A stretch of DNA of 62,067 nt, counting the filler, from Limisphaerales bacterium (GTDB lineage Bacteria > Verrucomicrobiota > Verrucomicrobiia > Limisphaerales > SIBE01): NCBI GenBank assembly GCA_044225505.1. It is 5 parts of 5 records of this genome, joined end to end, with 100 filler letters (N's around TTAATTAATTAA, not from the genome) between each part and the next. Parts side by side here need not be neighbours in the genome. Positions count along the whole stretch, not along the records: positions 1 to 27,504 come from JBGAIN010000110.1; 4 more parts are not named here. One strand, given 5' to 3'. Positions 11,869-21,783 of the stretch are shown piece after piece. The position numbers were made by a program, and so were the translations under genes. How positions within the stretch are numbered: the first letter of the stretch is position 1; every line of letters starts with the position of its first letter. The notes under the pieces were generated by a model. It did no database searches, was not told the DNA's origin, and saw only the letters and a program-made list of their open reading frames with translations.

Positions 11869-12423
11869 CTAGGCCTGGGCAACGGTGGAGGATGAGTCGA
11901 TCGCGTCCGATGCTGCGACGTTCCGGGTGCGTAATCGTTTCACGAGATAGCCGCAGACTCCTAAGGCCACAAGGTTGATTCCGATCATCCACCCAGCCTC
12001 TCCTCCGGAGGTTTTCAAATTCAGCGAGGACCCCAGATTCCCGCCAAAAAGAAGATAGTGAGAAGGTCCGGCCTGAGCGGCATCAACCGCATGCCCTCCG
12101 ACCGTCACGCGCAAGCTGAGCCCGGTCGAAAACTCATAGGCGCAGCCGAGAATGCCTAATTCCAGCACTTGCAAGGCGAATAGGACGAAAGCCTGTCGGA
12201 TACTCGAAGGGGCACCTCTCCAGAGTCGGAATCCCACCCACGCCGACCACCCAAACAGGATCATCGATAAGATAGGAATTCCTAGCTGCGAGATTTCTTC
12301 ACCGTGCATGTGCCGATAGCTTTGGCGGAAGGCCGGAATGAAGCCGGTCACGCCGCCAAAGATCAGCAATACGGCGACGGTCTTGAGTCCAACACCTGAA
12401 GAGTTTTTCACAGTCATTTGCAT
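11869..12423 (-). CDS. Hypothetical membrane protein
   Basis: 184-aa ORF with about four hydrophobic segments, co-oriented with its neighbours; no recognised motif. Confidence 0.6.
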   Translation of the reverse strand: MQMTVKNSSGVGLKTVAVLLIFGGVTGFIPAFRQSYRHMHGEEISQLGIPILSMILFGWSAWVGFRLWRGAPSSIRQAFVLFALQVLELGILGCAYEFSTGLSLRVTVGGHAVDAAQAGPSHYLLFGGNLGSSLNLKTSGGEAGWMIGINLVALGVCGYLVKRLRTRNVAASDAIDSSSTVAQA

Positions 12424-12583
12424 TTATAGACTGGCATTGAACGGGCGCACCCATTGGCGCTGTTGCGATCCGTGCCAACTCGTGGCTTCTGCCGAAATAT
12501 CTTCACCGCGAGGTCTTCGCTCAGGGCCGCGCATCTCGGGCCTCGGGTGTCAGTTCGCTCAAACGGCCCGACGTTGTGCTGGA

Positions 12584-13852
12584 TCAATCAACCGGTCCGG
12601 GGCGAAAGGAGAAATAGATGGTCGTTCCATGTCCAGTTTCGCTTTCCACTCTTACAGCGCCTTGATGCCGTTCGACAATTCGCTTCACAGTGGCCAATCC
12701 CAAGCCGACGCCCGGGATTGATGTGTCGGTATGCAGTCGCTCAAAGGGCTTGAACAGGCGATGCAGATGCTCGGACGCAATTCCCACGCCGTTGTCCCGA
12801 ACAAAGAAAGTCGGAGCGCCATCAACGGGTGCGGAACGCCCTACGGAAATCCTACGACGGCTCGACTGCGACGAATATTTCCAGGCGTTGGAGAGCAGGT
12901 TCTCCAGCAGAATCCGAATCAGGCCAGGGTCTCCCTCAGCGATCAAACCGGCTTCGATCGCGCATTCCCGAGGGGCGGCCTCTCCTGTCACATCCGATAC
13001 AATCTCCGCACTCAAGGCAGACAGGTCCACGGGCTCAAGTCGAAGTGGGCGTTGGGAGATGGACGCCAATCGCAAAAGATCTTCGATGATGGCGGACATA
13101 CGCGCCGTCGTGACCTCAATTCGCCCCAACCAATCCTTGGACTCGGCGTCTAAATAGGCCGCTTTGTCTTCCAGTAGAAGAGTAGTAAATTGGCGGATCG
13201 TTCGTAGCGGCGCACGCAGATCGTGGGAAACCGACGATGAGAACGCGTCGAGTTCCCGATTGTAGGACTCCAATTGTTGCGCTCGCTGTTGAATCTGAGA
13301 CAAACCGTCCTGGAGCTTGGTGTTCTGAAAGGCGACCGCCGCGCTGTCGGCCAGCGCACTCAACACGGTAATTTCCTCCAGGCTCGGCGTGTAAGTGCGG
13401 CTCCAGTAAGCCCCGATCGCACCGATCGGCGCCTGGGTCCGAATGGGAACCATCGCCAGGCTGCGAACAAATGTGGGGCGATAGGCGTCCACAGGAATTC
13501 GAGAGTCAGAATAAATGTCCGGAATGACTACGGGAACGCGGTTCAGCATGACCCAACCGCTAATGCACGCCGTCATGGGAAAACGTTGTCCCTTCCACAA
13601 TGGGGCAATCGCATCCTCCGCCATGTAGTAGCACAAATCGCCGTCCCGCAGCACGAAGGAGGCCCCATCTGCGCTGATCAGCGCACGGGCGTATCGTTTC
13701 ACGATGGCCGCAATCGCGTTGAGGTCTCTTGCCAAAGAAAGCTCCTGGACCGCGGTGGCCAAACGAATCATGGGACTAGGCAGAAGTGGATCTTCCCTCA
13801 AGCGGGTTGCAGACTTGCCGGTGTGCGCGGCTTCAACGACGGAACTGCTCAT
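12584..13852 (-). CDS. Cytoplasmic GAF-domain sensor histidine kinase
   Basis: N-terminal GAF, H-box SVSHDLRAPL, N-box NLLSNAWKY, G1 VRDNGVG, G2 GVGLGLA. Confidence 0.92.
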   Translation of the reverse strand: MSSSVVEAAHTGKSATRLREDPLLPSPMIRLATAVQELSLARDLNAIAAIVKRYARALISADGASFVLRDGDLCYYMAEDAIAPLWKGQRFPMTACISGWVMLNRVPVVIPDIYSDSRIPVDAYRPTFVRSLAMVPIRTQAPIGAIGAYWSRTYTPSLEEITVLSALADSAAVAFQNTKLQDGLSQIQQRAQQLESYNRELDAFSSSVSHDLRAPLRTIRQFTTLLLEDKAAYLDAESKDWLGRIEVTTARMSAIIEDLLRLASISQRPLRLEPVDLSALSAEIVSDVTGEAAPRECAIEAGLIAEGDPGLIRILLENLLSNAWKYSSQSSRRRISVGRSAPVDGAPTFFVRDNGVGIASEHLHRLFKPFERLHTDTSIPGVGLGLATVKRIVERHQGAVRVESETGHGTTIYFSFRPGPVD

Positions 13853-14150
13853 AAAATGGCTGTCGCGAAACTCTAGTCAGCTCAGCCAGGCCTGTAAAGA
13901 GTTCATCCAAAAACGCAAAAGACGATTATTCCTCGCCAATGATTGTGGAGCGTCCTCATCGTTCCTCAGGCATGGTCACAGAAGTAGTCGGAAGAATAAT
14001 CCCGCCGCGACCGAACAGGGTGGCCCAGTGGTCACCTTGGTTCTTTTTAGGGAGTCGTATTTGGTTTGAGCTCGACTCTTAAGATGGGAACGACTTTGAA
14101 AAAGGCTGATCAAGCCCCTCCACCCATTCGGAAAATCATCGTTGTTCCAC

Positions 14151-14537
14151 TCAGCCGCCCGCAAATACCGGTCGGAATCCAGCCTCCGACAGAATTTTCG
14201 CCACCTCTTCTCGCTTGTCTCCCTGAATTTCGATCCGGCCTTCTTTGACCGTGCCGCCCGTCCCGCACGCACGTTGCATCCGTTTGGCTAACTTTTCTTT
14301 CTCCGGTAATCCAATGCCAACGAAGTTTGTGATCACTGTGACTGTCTTCCCGCCTCGGCCGGCCTTTTGACGAATAATGTCGACTCGCCCACGGCTTTTC
14401 CGAGGTTTCTCCTGAATTTGAATCTCCTTTGCGGTTTCGCTGAGCTCCCCTGGCGGCAGTCCCTCCGAACTGAGCTCAGCAAAGCTGCGCAATCGCGATG
14501 AACGTTGCGCATCTACGGAATTGGGCTCGTCTGGCAT
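14151..14537 (-). CDS. yciH: SUI1/eIF1-family translation initiation factor (YciH-like)
   Basis: KAGRGGKTVTVI...CGTGGTVKEGRIEIQGDKRE; start uncertain (14537 or 14573). Confidence 0.85.
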   Translation of the reverse strand: MPDEPNSVDAQRSSRLRSFAELSSEGLPPGELSETAKEIQIQEKPRKSRGRVDIIRQKAGRGGKTVTVITNFVGIGLPEKEKLAKRMQRACGTGGTVKEGRIEIQGDKREEVAKILSEAGFRPVFAGG

Positions 14538-14946
14538 TACCGATTTTAAACATGAAAAACCGCTTCGGTCCATCGTTCTCGTTCGGTGGAACTAGATTAG
14601 GAAAGGTCAAGAAGCGGAGTGGTAAATGCAGTTTGGCTTTACTTTTTCGCCCCAGTCTCTAGACTGACAATGCCTACTCAGAAGATCGCCTCAGTGCGCG
14701 GGAAGCAGACTTTCAAGGTCCGTAATCCTGCTATGAGAGCCGGCCGAAAGCATGGGAGTGTTTCTGCGTGCGATTTCGCACATCCGCCCAACAGCGGCAC
14801 CGGCTCTGTGCGCTGCCCTGAGGGCGTTCCGCTCCCTGTCTGCTCAACGCGCAAGACGGTGTTGACCCTGACCACTCGCCCGTACCCGCGCTCCGCCAAT
14901 CCTGCAGAACGACGTGCTTCGGTGCGGCGCAAGAAAGGAGAAATCT

Positions 14947-17900
14947 ATGAAGTCGTGGCAAAGTATCCAGTGGATGTTTGTGGCATTGTGGTCGGCCGCT
15001 TCGTTGCACGCGGCCGCGGTTCACTATGTGACCATGGAAGGGAATGAGGCTAATTCCGGCGCTAGCTGGGCCGCTGCCAAACGATCCATCGCCGCTACCC
15101 TGGCCATTGCACAATCAGGAGACGAAGTCTGGGTCGCGCAAGGTATTTACCGAGAACATCTGCAGCTGAGAGGCACCGTAGGGCTGTACGGCGGTTTTGC
15201 CGGCAGCGAACAAACGCGAGGAAGTTCGACGCTGCGAACCTATTCTACGGTGTTGGATGGAACCACCAACGGGATTCCCGTCACCCTCATCAACTGCGCA
15301 CCGGACACCGTCCTGGATGGATTCACCATTATGAACGGCTCAGGCCCGGGAGTCTATTGCTGGCAAACCGCTGGGATCGTGCGGAACTGTACGGTCCGCG
15401 GCAACGTCAGCTCGGACGCCTCGGCGTACGGTGCTGGAATCCTCGTCTGGGGCGCGTCGACGAACGGAATTGTCGTGTTGGAGGGGAATCGGATAACGGA
15501 CAATGCCAGCTTCGACGGTGGGGGAATCGCGTGTATCGATGCCTCGCCGCGCATCCAGGGCAACGTCATCTGTTGGAACTTAGCCTACCAAAACGGCGGC
15601 GGGATTAGCTGCTGGCGGAATTCGTCGCCTCTTATTGCCAACAATGTTTTGGTCGGAAACACCGCTTCGTGGTTAGTGAACACTCCTGTGCCCGTGGGGG
15701 GAGGTGCAATCTTTGCCACGGCGGACGATTTGGATGGGCGTCCGCACCCGACGGCGGTTTGCGCCCCGAGATTGCTCAACAACGTTCTGGCGGCAAATGG
15801 CGCTCGGCGTGGAGGTGGCATTGCCGTCGTCGATTCCAATGGGGGTATCCCCATCGTCGTCAACAACACCATTGTCGCCAATAATGGAAGCGGGTTTTAT
15901 TGGGGCAGTTCGTCGCTTCCCTTGGTTGGCACAAAGCCGGTGATTCGCAACAACATCGTGGCTTTTAACACGTGGGGGCTCGAGCAGGCTCCGGGAACTC
16001 CGACGACCTCCACCATTGACTTCAACTGCATTTACGGGAATCAGCTTCAAGGCACACCAACGGACTTCGTCGGACTTATGAGCTTGACGGGGACCAACGG
16101 CAATTTCTCACGTGATCCCGGGCTGGTGAACCTGGAATTTGGGAATCTCCACTTGCAAGCGGGTTCTCCATGCACCGACGCTGGCACGCCCCCGCACGAC
16201 GCGGTGACCGAAACTGATATCGACGGGCAGAGCCGTCTGCAAGGGCAGGGGATCGATCTGGGCGCGGACGAGTCTGACGGCACATGGCTAAGCCCGCTCC
16301 AACCCATCTTCCACGTCAATCCTCGAGGAAGCGACCAGTCAGACGGTCTGACTTGGTCCAATGCCAAGGGGACAGTGCAAGCCGCCCTGAATGCTGCGAG
16401 ACAGTCCGGAGGAGAAGTTTGGGTCGCGCGAGGAACCTACTTTGAGCACATCGTCTTGCCAGCGTTCGTCCATGTGTACGGAGGGTTCTCAGGCACCGAA
16501 ACGAATCGCGAACTTCGGCAGATCGCGGACAACCCCACCATCCTGGACGGGCAAGGCAGGATTAAAGTGGTCCTGTGTGGCAATGGCGGCTATTTGGTCA
16601 GTCGACTTGACGGCTTTACGATTCAGAACGGTGGTAAGTTCACGGGCGGCGCGGGCTTGAGCCAGTATGGCCCGGGCGGTTTGGGAGGCGGAATCTATCT
16701 GGGAGTCTCTTCGCCATTCATCGTCAATAATACCATCACCCGAAATTCACTCGCGCACGATAATAGCGCCTCGTTTCCGCAGCCTGCTTCTTACGGCGCG
16801 GGGATCTATTGCGAGCTGAGCTATGCGATCATCTCCGGAAACACCATCCGTCAGAACGAGATTTTGAACACGTTTGACGGCAGTGGCGCCGGTCTCTACT
16901 GCTCTTTTTCCAGTCCTGTAATTCAGGACAATACCTTCCAAGAAAACCATGCGCGATATGGTTCTGCGGTCTTCGGCGTCGCGACCTCGCCCATCTTGCG
17001 GAACAACTTAATTGAGAGCAACGCGATGTATAATACCTATCCGTTGCCGCTTTACCTTGGCTCGGTGTCCGGCGCAATCACACTCCAACAGGGCGAGCAC
17101 GCGCTTATTGAAGGCAACATCATTCGAGCCAATTCCGCCGCCGCCGGCGCGGGAATTTATCTCTCTGGTTTTGCGACCGGACGCATTCAAAATAACGTGA
17201 TGGTGGGTAACCGAGCGGAAGACCCTATGGGAACGGGCGGTCTGGGAGGCGGTCTCTACTGCCTGGTTATGACCAATGCAACCGAGCCGCTCTGGATCCT
17301 CCATAACACCGTCATTGGAAATACCGCTTCGACCCCTTTTGGTGAACAAGGTGGCGCGATCGCGTTTTCGCTTCCGCCGCCTGCGAACCAGCTTGTGATT
17401 GCGAACAACTTGATGGTCTCCAACACTTCCGGCATCTATCAGACGCCTACAACCCCCATGGCGCGGCCTACCTTGACTCACAATCTTCTGCTCAATTCCC
17501 GTAGCAATTATATCAATCTGGCCCAGGGCTCCACGGACTTCTCCGCTAAGCCTCGGTTTCGCGATGCGGAACACGGCGACTATCGGTTGGAACCTGGCTC
17601 ACCGGGTATTGACGCGGGAGATGCAGCCTACGCGCCCGCGATCGACCTGGACGGAAAACCTCGACCCCTCGACGGCAATGCTGATGGGGTGGCTTTGCCA
17701 GATGTTGGCGCGTTCGAATATCTACTTGAATTGGCAGACTCCGACAGCGATGGCATGACCGATGGATGGGAATGGGCCCATGGCCTCGCACCCAGTCAGA
17801 ACGATGCCGTCTCGGATTGGGATGGAGACGGCTTCAACAATTATGCCGAGTTCATTGCTGGAACGGATCCTGCCCTGCGCGCTTCCGTGCTCAAGCTCGA

Positions 17901-18129
17901 GGCTGTATCGGCGGCGGACGACGGGCAACTCCGGCTTCGCTGGGCGTGCGTCCCGGATCGAGTGTATTTGATTGAAAGCTGTAACCTCGTTTCCGGCATT
18001 CGCGACTGGCAACCGGTTGGCGGGACGGTGCGAGGCACCAACGACTTCGTGGAGTTCGTGGTGTCGACTCGCGGGGAGCAAAGCAAGTGCTTCCGTTCGG
18101 GTGATCGAGCTTGGCATTCAAACGACTGA
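14947..18129 (+). CDS. Large secreted protein with two tandem right-handed beta-helix modules, Ca-binding DxDxDG repeats and a C-terminal putative sorting domain
   Basis: Signal peptide MKSWQS...LHA. Two modules, each starting GxxWxxAK and ending SPxxDAG...D(L/V)GAxE. GGGI and NNTI repeats, DSDSDGMTDGWE. Confidence 0.8.
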   Translation: MKSWQSIQWMFVALWSAASLHAAAVHYVTMEGNEANSGASWAAAKRSIAATLAIAQSGDEVWVAQGIYREHLQLRGTVGLYGGFAGSEQTRGSSTLRTYSTVLDGTTNGIPVTLINCAPDTVLDGFTIMNGSGPGVYCWQTAGIVRNCTVRGNVSSDASAYGAGILVWGASTNGIVVLEGNRITDNASFDGGGIACIDASPRIQGNVICWNLAYQNGGGISCWRNSSPLIANNVLVGNTASWLVNTPVPVGGGAIFATADDLDGRPHPTAVCAPRLLNNVLAANGARRGGGIAVVDSNGGIPIVVNNTIVANNGSGFYWGSSSLPLVGTKPVIRNNIVAFNTWGLEQAPGTPTTSTIDFNCIYGNQLQGTPTDFVGLMSLTGTNGNFSRDPGLVNLEFGNLHLQAGSPCTDAGTPPHDAVTETDIDGQSRLQGQGIDLGADESDGTWLSPLQPIFHVNPRGSDQSDGLTWSNAKGTVQAALNAARQSGGEVWVARGTYFEHIVLPAFVHVYGGFSGTETNRELRQIADNPTILDGQGRIKVVLCGNGGYLVSRLDGFTIQNGGKFTGGAGLSQYGPGGLGGGIYLGVSSPFIVNNTITRNSLAHDNSASFPQPASYGAGIYCELSYAIISGNTIRQNEILNTFDGSGAGLYCSFSSPVIQDNTFQENHARYGSAVFGVATSPILRNNLIESNAMYNTYPLPLYLGSVSGAITLQQGEHALIEGNIIRANSAAAGAGIYLSGFATGRIQNNVMVGNRAEDPMGTGGLGGGLYCLVMTNATEPLWILHNTVIGNTASTPFGEQGGAIAFSLPPPANQLVIANNLMVSNTSGIYQTPTTPMARPTLTHNLLLNSRSNYINLAQGSTDFSAKPRFRDAEHGDYRLEPGSPGIDAGDAAYAPAIDLDGKPRPLDGNADGVALPDVGAFEYLLELADSDSDGMTDGWEWAHGLAPSQNDAVSDWDGDGFNNYAEFIAGTDPALRASVLKLEAVSAADDGQLRLRWACVPDRVYLIESCNLVSGIRDWQPVGGTVRGTNDFVEFVVSTRGEQSKCFRSGDRAWHSND

Positions 18130-18192
18130 ACATCCCTTGTCGCCGCTGAACGGAAGTGTCCGCAAACAGGACGGTGGCGAAAGCGACTCGAT

Positions 18193-19407
18193 CTAAAGCC
18201 CTTCCAACGGGATGGGAGCGGGTTGTCGATTTTTCGTTCGCAAACGGCGCGCCAAGCCAATTGACGTGATAGCCAACGTCGCTGAGAGCGCCCCAATCCA
18301 GGAAAATCGAGTCAGTTGTCCCGTCGCCGACTGGCCCATGATATGGCCACTGGCGTAGGCTGCCACGCCCGAGGCAAACTGTTGCACCGACGAATTCACG
18401 CTCATGAAGCCGCCTCGATAGCGCGCTTCGATGCTGCCGGTTATCAATGCCATTGCTGGGACCATGCGTCCCGACATGCAGATCATAAACAGCGTCGAGA
18501 TGGCCAAAGCCAACGCCACGGGAACACGCGGAAGGTTGGTGACCATGAGGATCGGAAACACCGCGCCGATCGACATGGCGGTAAAGACACGCAGCTTCCC
18601 AGCTCGATCTGCCCAACGCCCAATCCAGTTCATTGTAAAGATGGTGCACAGGCCCCCACACAAATAGATGAGCGGCAGTTGCTTTTCCGTTAAGCCAACG
18701 TTGGCCACTAAATAGTTGCTCAGGTAAGGGAAAATAACGAAGCCCGTGCAAGTCAACGCCGCCATGAAGACGAAGGCCGTCTGATGTTCCAGTTGCCGGA
18801 GCACTCCCCACATTCTAGTGACTGGATGTTCCGCGCGCGCCAAATGCATGTGTTCCGCCAAGGGCGGCATCATCCAAGCCGCCGCACCCAGCACCATCAC
18901 GCTCAGCGCTGCCAGGACGAAGAAAGGGATGTGCCAGCTCAGTTGCGATGCCAAGACCAAACCGAGTGGCACTCCGCAGATCGAGGCGACCGAGAAGGAC
19001 GACATCACCAAGCCCATCGCCGCACCGCGCCGTTTCTCCGGCACGACATCCCCGATGATCGCCAAGATGAGCGAGCCGGCGACGCCCCCGAACGCGCCGG
19101 AGATCGCTCGGGCAGCGACAAGCGACCCGTAATTTGGCGCCAGGGCGCACGCCAGAGTGCCAAGGGCGAAGCCGAGGTACAACCAGAGCAGAGCCCTCTT
19201 TCGTTCAAATCGGTCGAGAAAGAACCCAGCCGCGACTCCAGCGAGTCCGGCACTCACCGCGTAAGCCGAGACGATGAGTCCGAACTGGCCGGGATTGATT
19301 CGAAACACCCGCATGTACTGCGGGCCGAGCGGCATAATGATCAGAAAATCGACCACCGTGGTAAATTGGATGGCAGCGAGAATGAGGAGAAGGGTCCGTT
19401 CGCTCAT
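18193..19407 (-). CDS. MFS transporter
   Basis: About 12 TM segments; motif-A-like LDRFERKR and GRWADRAGK; start at MSERTLLL. Confidence 0.9.
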   Translation of the reverse strand: MSERTLLLILAAIQFTTVVDFLIIMPLGPQYMRVFRINPGQFGLIVSAYAVSAGLAGVAAGFFLDRFERKRALLWLYLGFALGTLACALAPNYGSLVAARAISGAFGGVAGSLILAIIGDVVPEKRRGAAMGLVMSSFSVASICGVPLGLVLASQLSWHIPFFVLAALSVMVLGAAAWMMPPLAEHMHLARAEHPVTRMWGVLRQLEHQTAFVFMAALTCTGFVIFPYLSNYLVANVGLTEKQLPLIYLCGGLCTIFTMNWIGRWADRAGKLRVFTAMSIGAVFPILMVTNLPRVPVALALAISTLFMICMSGRMVPAMALITGSIEARYRGGFMSVNSSVQQFASGVAAYASGHIMGQSATGQLTRFSWIGALSATLAITSIGLARRLRTKNRQPAPIPLEGL

Positions 19408-19617
19408 CGGGCGAACGTTAGCAGATATAGGATGTCCATCCTTTGGCATAGCAAAGAGGTAACCGTAGCCTCGATCCCCCGGGACGTCGACCAGGTGTCG
19501 GTAGTTTTTGTAAGCAGGATTATCGAAGCCATTGGGAAGGACCTCTAATTCTTGCACCGCTTTGTAATGGCGGTTAACCCAGCCTGATGCCACCCTCAGT
19601 CGCCAGAGACCAAACCC

Positions 19618-20010
19618 ATGAATACGCATCTTCGACTGATTGCTATCCTTCACATCATCCTCGGTGCCCTTGGCTTGGTGGCAGCTGCAATCATCTTCTC
19701 CATTTTCGGCGCGGCTGGCGGGTTGGTGATTTGGAACGGTGAACTAGCTCCGGCAGCGATCATTGGAACCGTTGGGCTGTTTATTGGCGGCTTCATCGCC
19801 TTGAAGTCGATCCCCGACATGATTGCCGGATGGGCGATGCTGGCAAACAAGGCTTGGGCCCGACCGCTGATGATCGTCGTGGGTGTTCTGGACCTGTTCC
19901 ATTTTCCCATCGGAACGGCGATTGGCATTTACACGTTGTGGATCTTGCTTCGAGACGAGTTTGGGAAGCGATCGGCAGAACCTAGCCCATCTTTTGATGG
20001 GGTGTCCTGA
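19618..20010 (+). CDS. Small hypothetical membrane protein
   Basis: Hydrophobic 130-aa ORF with FPIGTAIGIYTLWIL segment. Confidence 0.75.
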   Translation: MNTHLRLIAILHIILGALGLVAAAIIFSIFGAAGGLVIWNGELAPAAIIGTVGLFIGGFIALKSIPDMIAGWAMLANKAWARPLMIVVGVLDLFHFPIGTAIGIYTLWILLRDEFGKRSAEPSPSFDGVS

Positions 20011-20049
20011 GCGCTGGAGCCATCGACCCCGGCTTCGTGGCGTCCGATG

Positions 20050-20151
20050 CCAAAGCTCCAGAGGGCTGGAGCCGTCCAAGACGCTGGCGCGCAGGGACTA
20101 AGCCACTATGCTTCGCCAGATTTTGGAGTGCGGCGGCCCTCCGCCGCTGTT
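20050..20151. repeat. Inverted pair of REP-like hairpin elements (BIME-like)
   Basis: AGCTCCAGAGGGCTGGAGC..TCCAA..CTGGCG and an inverted copy reading AGCGGCGGAGGGCCGCCGC..TCCAA..CTGGCG on the minus strand, located between convergent genes. Confidence 0.6.
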
Positions 20152-20317
20152 CCGGAAAACCTAGACTAAGCCGGATGGCGGTCCCCATGACCTTCCTCGC
20201 CAACCCGCCAAATCATGCTCTTCCCGCCCGGCAGCCGCACGTGACCCACGCGAGTGCGACCCCGAGCTCGGAAGTGCAAAAGCACAGACCCTACCGACGT
20301 CTAAACCTAAATCGTTG

Positions 20318-21697
20318 CTATCTTAAAATGCCCCCCTGGCTCGCGTTGGTCACCAGCTTTTGATAGCGCGCTAGCCATCCCGTTTTATGGCGTTGAACCG
20401 GTGTGAAACGCCTCTTCCGCTCGGCCAGTTCAGTTTCGGACACCAGGATGTCCATGGTGCGGTTGGGGAAATCGATCCGGATCCGGTCGCCTTGCTGTAG
20501 CAGGCCGATCGGACCTCCTTCTTGGGCCTCCGGCGAAACGTGTCCGATGCAAGCGCCTGCGGTGCCGCCGCTAAACCGGCCGTCCGTGATTAAAGCGCAC
20601 TTGTCGCCCAACCCCATCCCGACGATGTAACTCGTCGGCGAAAGCATTTCTTGCATCCCTGGACCCCCGCGCGGCCCTTCGTTGCGGATGACCACCACGT
20701 CTCCCGCTTTGACTTTCCCAGCGAGAATGCCTGCGCAAGCCTCGTCCTGGCTTTCAAAAATCACGGATGGGCCTTCAAAAACAAATCCCGGCCCGCAGGA
20801 TTCCTTGAACGCCTGGCTGATGCCGGCAGTTTTGACCACGCTGCCTTCCGGTGCGAGTTGGCCATAAAGGATGGAAAGCCCGCCGTCTGGCGTGTAAGCC
20901 GTTTCCTTGGTGCGGATGCAGTCCTTGGGGTCGAATCGGAATGCCGGATCATACGGCATCAACCCGCTCGGCTTGACCTTGGCCAGTTGGCTGGGGTCCG
21001 TAATGAACTCAGCCCGGGCGAAAAGGCCTTTCTTTAAGCCTTTCGCTCGCACCATGGCGTAGGCAGTTTTGGCGCCGCCTTTGCCATATTGCCACATGAG
21101 CATCACGGGCAGTTTGCGGAACTCGCCAAGTTCAGCGCGGACCAATCCTTTCGCGTCGCTCATCCGCTGCGAGAGGGCCGCGCGCACCTGATCGTGCCCC
21201 ACCCATTCGCTGCCGTCCGGCAGGCTGACTTTGACGCGGGCGTCGTGCAACGCGATCATGGCTTCCACTTCCCCTGCATTCCACGCGGCGGCGTTTCTCC
21301 AGAACGCGATGGCGAGCGGGTCCGCGGGGAAGAATAGCATCGGTTTGGGCACCAGATTACCGCTGGAAGTGCGAGCCGCGACCCCCATTTTGTCTTTCGG
21401 ATCGACCGCGATGGCCGACGCGCCAGAAACGCGCACGGTCTTTGGCAGTGTCAGGCATTTCTCTGAACGCACATCCCAGTCGTCAATGTTTTCCCCAAGC
21501 GACTTACCCGTGACGGTTTTGCAACCCACGTTCAAAACTCCCATGCGCTTCAATTCTCCAAGAATCGTGTGAATGCCGCCCGCTCGATGCACATCCTGGA
21601 TATGGTAATCGGACGACGGCGAAACCTTGCAGATGCAGGGAATGCGCCGGGAAATCGAGTCAATGCGCGCGATGTCGTAGGGAATGCCTGCCTCACG
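20318..21697 (-). CDS. ilvD: Dihydroxy-acid dehydratase, C-terminal part, containing a SnoaL-like insertion
   Basis: KVSPSSDYHIQDVHRAGG, GGLSILYGQLAPEGSVVKTAG, EGPRGGPGMQEML, ITDGRFSGG, GHVSPEA. Confidence 0.9.
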   Translation of the reverse strand, partial: REAGIPYDIARIDSISRRIPCICKVSPSSDYHIQDVHRAGGIHTILGELKRMGVLNVGCKTVTGKSLGENIDDWDVRSEKCLTLPKTVRVSGASAIAVDPKDKMGVAARTSSGNLVPKPMLFFPADPLAIAFWRNAAAWNAGEVEAMIALHDARVKVSLPDGSEWVGHDQVRAALSQRMSDAKGLVRAELGEFRKLPVMLMWQYGKGGAKTAYAMVRAKGLKKGLFARAEFITDPSQLAKVKPSGLMPYDPAFRFDPKDCIRTKETAYTPDGGLSILYGQLAPEGSVVKTAGISQAFKESCGPGFVFEGPSVIFESQDEACAGILAGKVKAGDVVVIRNEGPRGGPGMQEMLSPTSYIVGMGLGDKCALITDGRFSGGTAGACIGHVSPEAQEGGPIGLLQQGDRIRIDFPNRTMDILVSETELAERKRRFTPVQRHKTGWLARYQKLVTNASQGGILR

Positions 21698-21783
21698 GAC
21701 GACGGCGAAACCTTGCATATGCAGGGAATGCGCCGGGAAATCTAGTCAATGCGAGCGATGTCGTAGGGAATGACTGCCTCACG
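21611..21783. repeat. 86-bp imperfect tandem duplication interrupting ilvD
   Basis: GGACGACGGCGAAACCTTGCA...GCCTCACG occurs at 21611 and 21697, with 4 substitutions, one creating TAG on the minus strand. Confidence 0.9.

Noticed and set aside
14574..14946. Long GC-rich intergenic region as a possible riboswitch
   Set aside because: No recognisable aptamer motifs; an Rfam/Infernal scan would be needed.
18085..18129. Possible frameshift at the end of the beta-helix protein (FR then VRVIE in another frame)
   Set aside because: Would fit the C-terminal motif but is too short to support without reads or homologs.
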